Part shown: positions 62,801-64,000 of the stretch, piece by piece
Position numbering within the stretch: the first letter of the stretch is position 1
How the letters are laid out: each line of letters starts with the position of its first letter
Origin: Octopus sinensis
Lineage: Eukaryota
Assembly: GCF_006345805.1 (NCBI RefSeq)
Contig: NC_042999.1
Coordinates: 136,524,001 to 136,588,000, forward strand
Reading direction: 5' to 3'
Length of the DNA stretch: 64,000 nt
The notes under the pieces: generated by a model
The model's database searches: none
The model's input: only the letters and a program-made list of their open reading frames with translations
Told to the model about the DNA's origin: nothing
Translations under genes and position numbers: made by a program

Positions 62801-62914
62801 ATTATTATTTTAATTTAAATATTTCTTAACCCATAAAAAAATATACTAATTTACTAAACCCCTTACAAAAACAAAAATTATCAATAGACACAGCAAATTA
62901 TATATATATATATA

Positions 62915-62962
<48 letters not shown>

Positions 62963-62963
<1 letters not shown>

Positions 62964-63454
62964 CCTCTTTCAAACGAGCCCGCAATCTGCGTGACCTCCT
63001 GGTCCACAGCACCCTCTCTCCTTCCCCCTCAGCCCCACACGGATCATTCCCTTGCTCTAGATCCCGCTGCAACACTTGCCCCTTCATCACCAACACCACC
63101 GCTGTCACCGGCTCCAACCTGCACACTGTACGCATTAGGCACTCTTTTACGTGCACCTCGTCTGGCCTTATTTACTGCATTAAATGCAACCTATGCGGGA
63201 TGCTGTATGTAGGACAGACGGGACGCCGGTTGTCCGACCGTTTCACTGAGCACTTAAGGGACGTTCGCCTACACTCTCTTTCTCCCGTCGCACGCCACTT
63301 CCGCTCGGCCGGCCATTCCCTAGATGACATCTCAGTGTTTGGTCTCGCCCCCCACCAAGGTCGCCCACTTTCCAGGCTCCACTTGGAGCAACGCTACATC
63401 TTCACCCTACAAACTACCACCCCACACGGACTTAACACAGCCCCCTCCTCTTGA
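62963..63454 (+). CDS. Penelope-like (Neptune-type) Zn-linker + GIY-YIG endonuclease, intact C-terminal fragment
   Basis: KRARNLRDLLV…PCSRSRCNTC…FTCTSSGLIYCIKC..C…YVGQTGRRLSDRFTEH…VARHF…H…LEQRYIFTL…PHGLN*. Confidence 0.85.
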
Positions 63455-64000
63455 GATCTGTTTTTTTTTTTTTTTTTTTTTTTTTTTGGGCACACCACCC
63501 ACACACACCCACCCACCTGCCTCCCACACGCACACACCCACCCACCTACCTCCCACACACACCCAACCACCTACCTCCCACACGCCTGTTCACACACACA
63601 CATACGTAGACCCATCTACGTACATACATTCACACATTTAATCACACACACTTACAGACATACTAGCACACACTAACATACAAACCAACATGCACATACA
63701 CACACACATACATACATACGCACACATATACATACTTACACACACACACACACACAGACATACATACACACATACACACACACATACATACGCACATACA
63801 TACACACACACTCACACACACACACACCGCACGTACATACTTCACACACACACATGCAAACATACATGTAGGCACATACATACATACATGCCCACACATG
63901 CACACCCTTACACTGAATGCACACACACATACACCTTTTTGCATCCAGGCAGCCCCCCCCTCTTTTCTGCTTTCCGGTTTTGGCTGATGGATCCTCGGTT
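62963..64000 (+). mobile_element. 5'-truncated, apparently young Penelope-like element; 3' region runs off the window
   Basis: Begins right after a (TA)/(TG) tract. The ORF is followed by poly-T and C/A-rich simple sequence. Confidence 0.75.

Overview
Eukaryotic, AT-rich (TA)n/(CA)n microsatellite-laden DNA with no convincing host protein-coding exon. The repeat families (tRNA-headed SINEs with internal microsatellites, RTE LINEs ending in (GAT)n, Penelope-like elements) look like those I associate with octopus/coleoid cephalopod genomes, so this is probably intronic or intergenic sequence (inference). Most ORFs in the track are microsatellite artefacts. Supported elements: a complete but decayed Mag-clade Gypsy LTR retrotransposon (9206-13898, GTAAC TSD), a full-length decayed mariner (40322-41561), a mariner 3' end and a Tc1 remnant, two RTE families, CR1/Jockey-like and R4/Dong-like LINE fragments, several Penelope-like (GIY-YIG) fragments, a non-autonomous Helitron, a Helentron/DINE-like element, hAT and TTAA MITEs, and many SINEs. 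The most interesting signal is a set of short elements embedded in (TA)n tracts. They carry minimal type-I hammerhead-ribozyme-like motifs with recurrent non-canonical cores (UUGANGA, CCGANGA) and occur as fold-back palindromes. One is a concatemer joined through a flip/flop terminal hairpin (5621-6487); another has its fold-back pivot exactly on the ribozyme core (25256-25564). Also notable: a PHD-type finger inside an RTE reverse transcriptase, a three-C2H2-finger RTE tail, and a Helitron that captured a Penelope RT catalytic motif. All calls were made by eye; no database search or folding was run.
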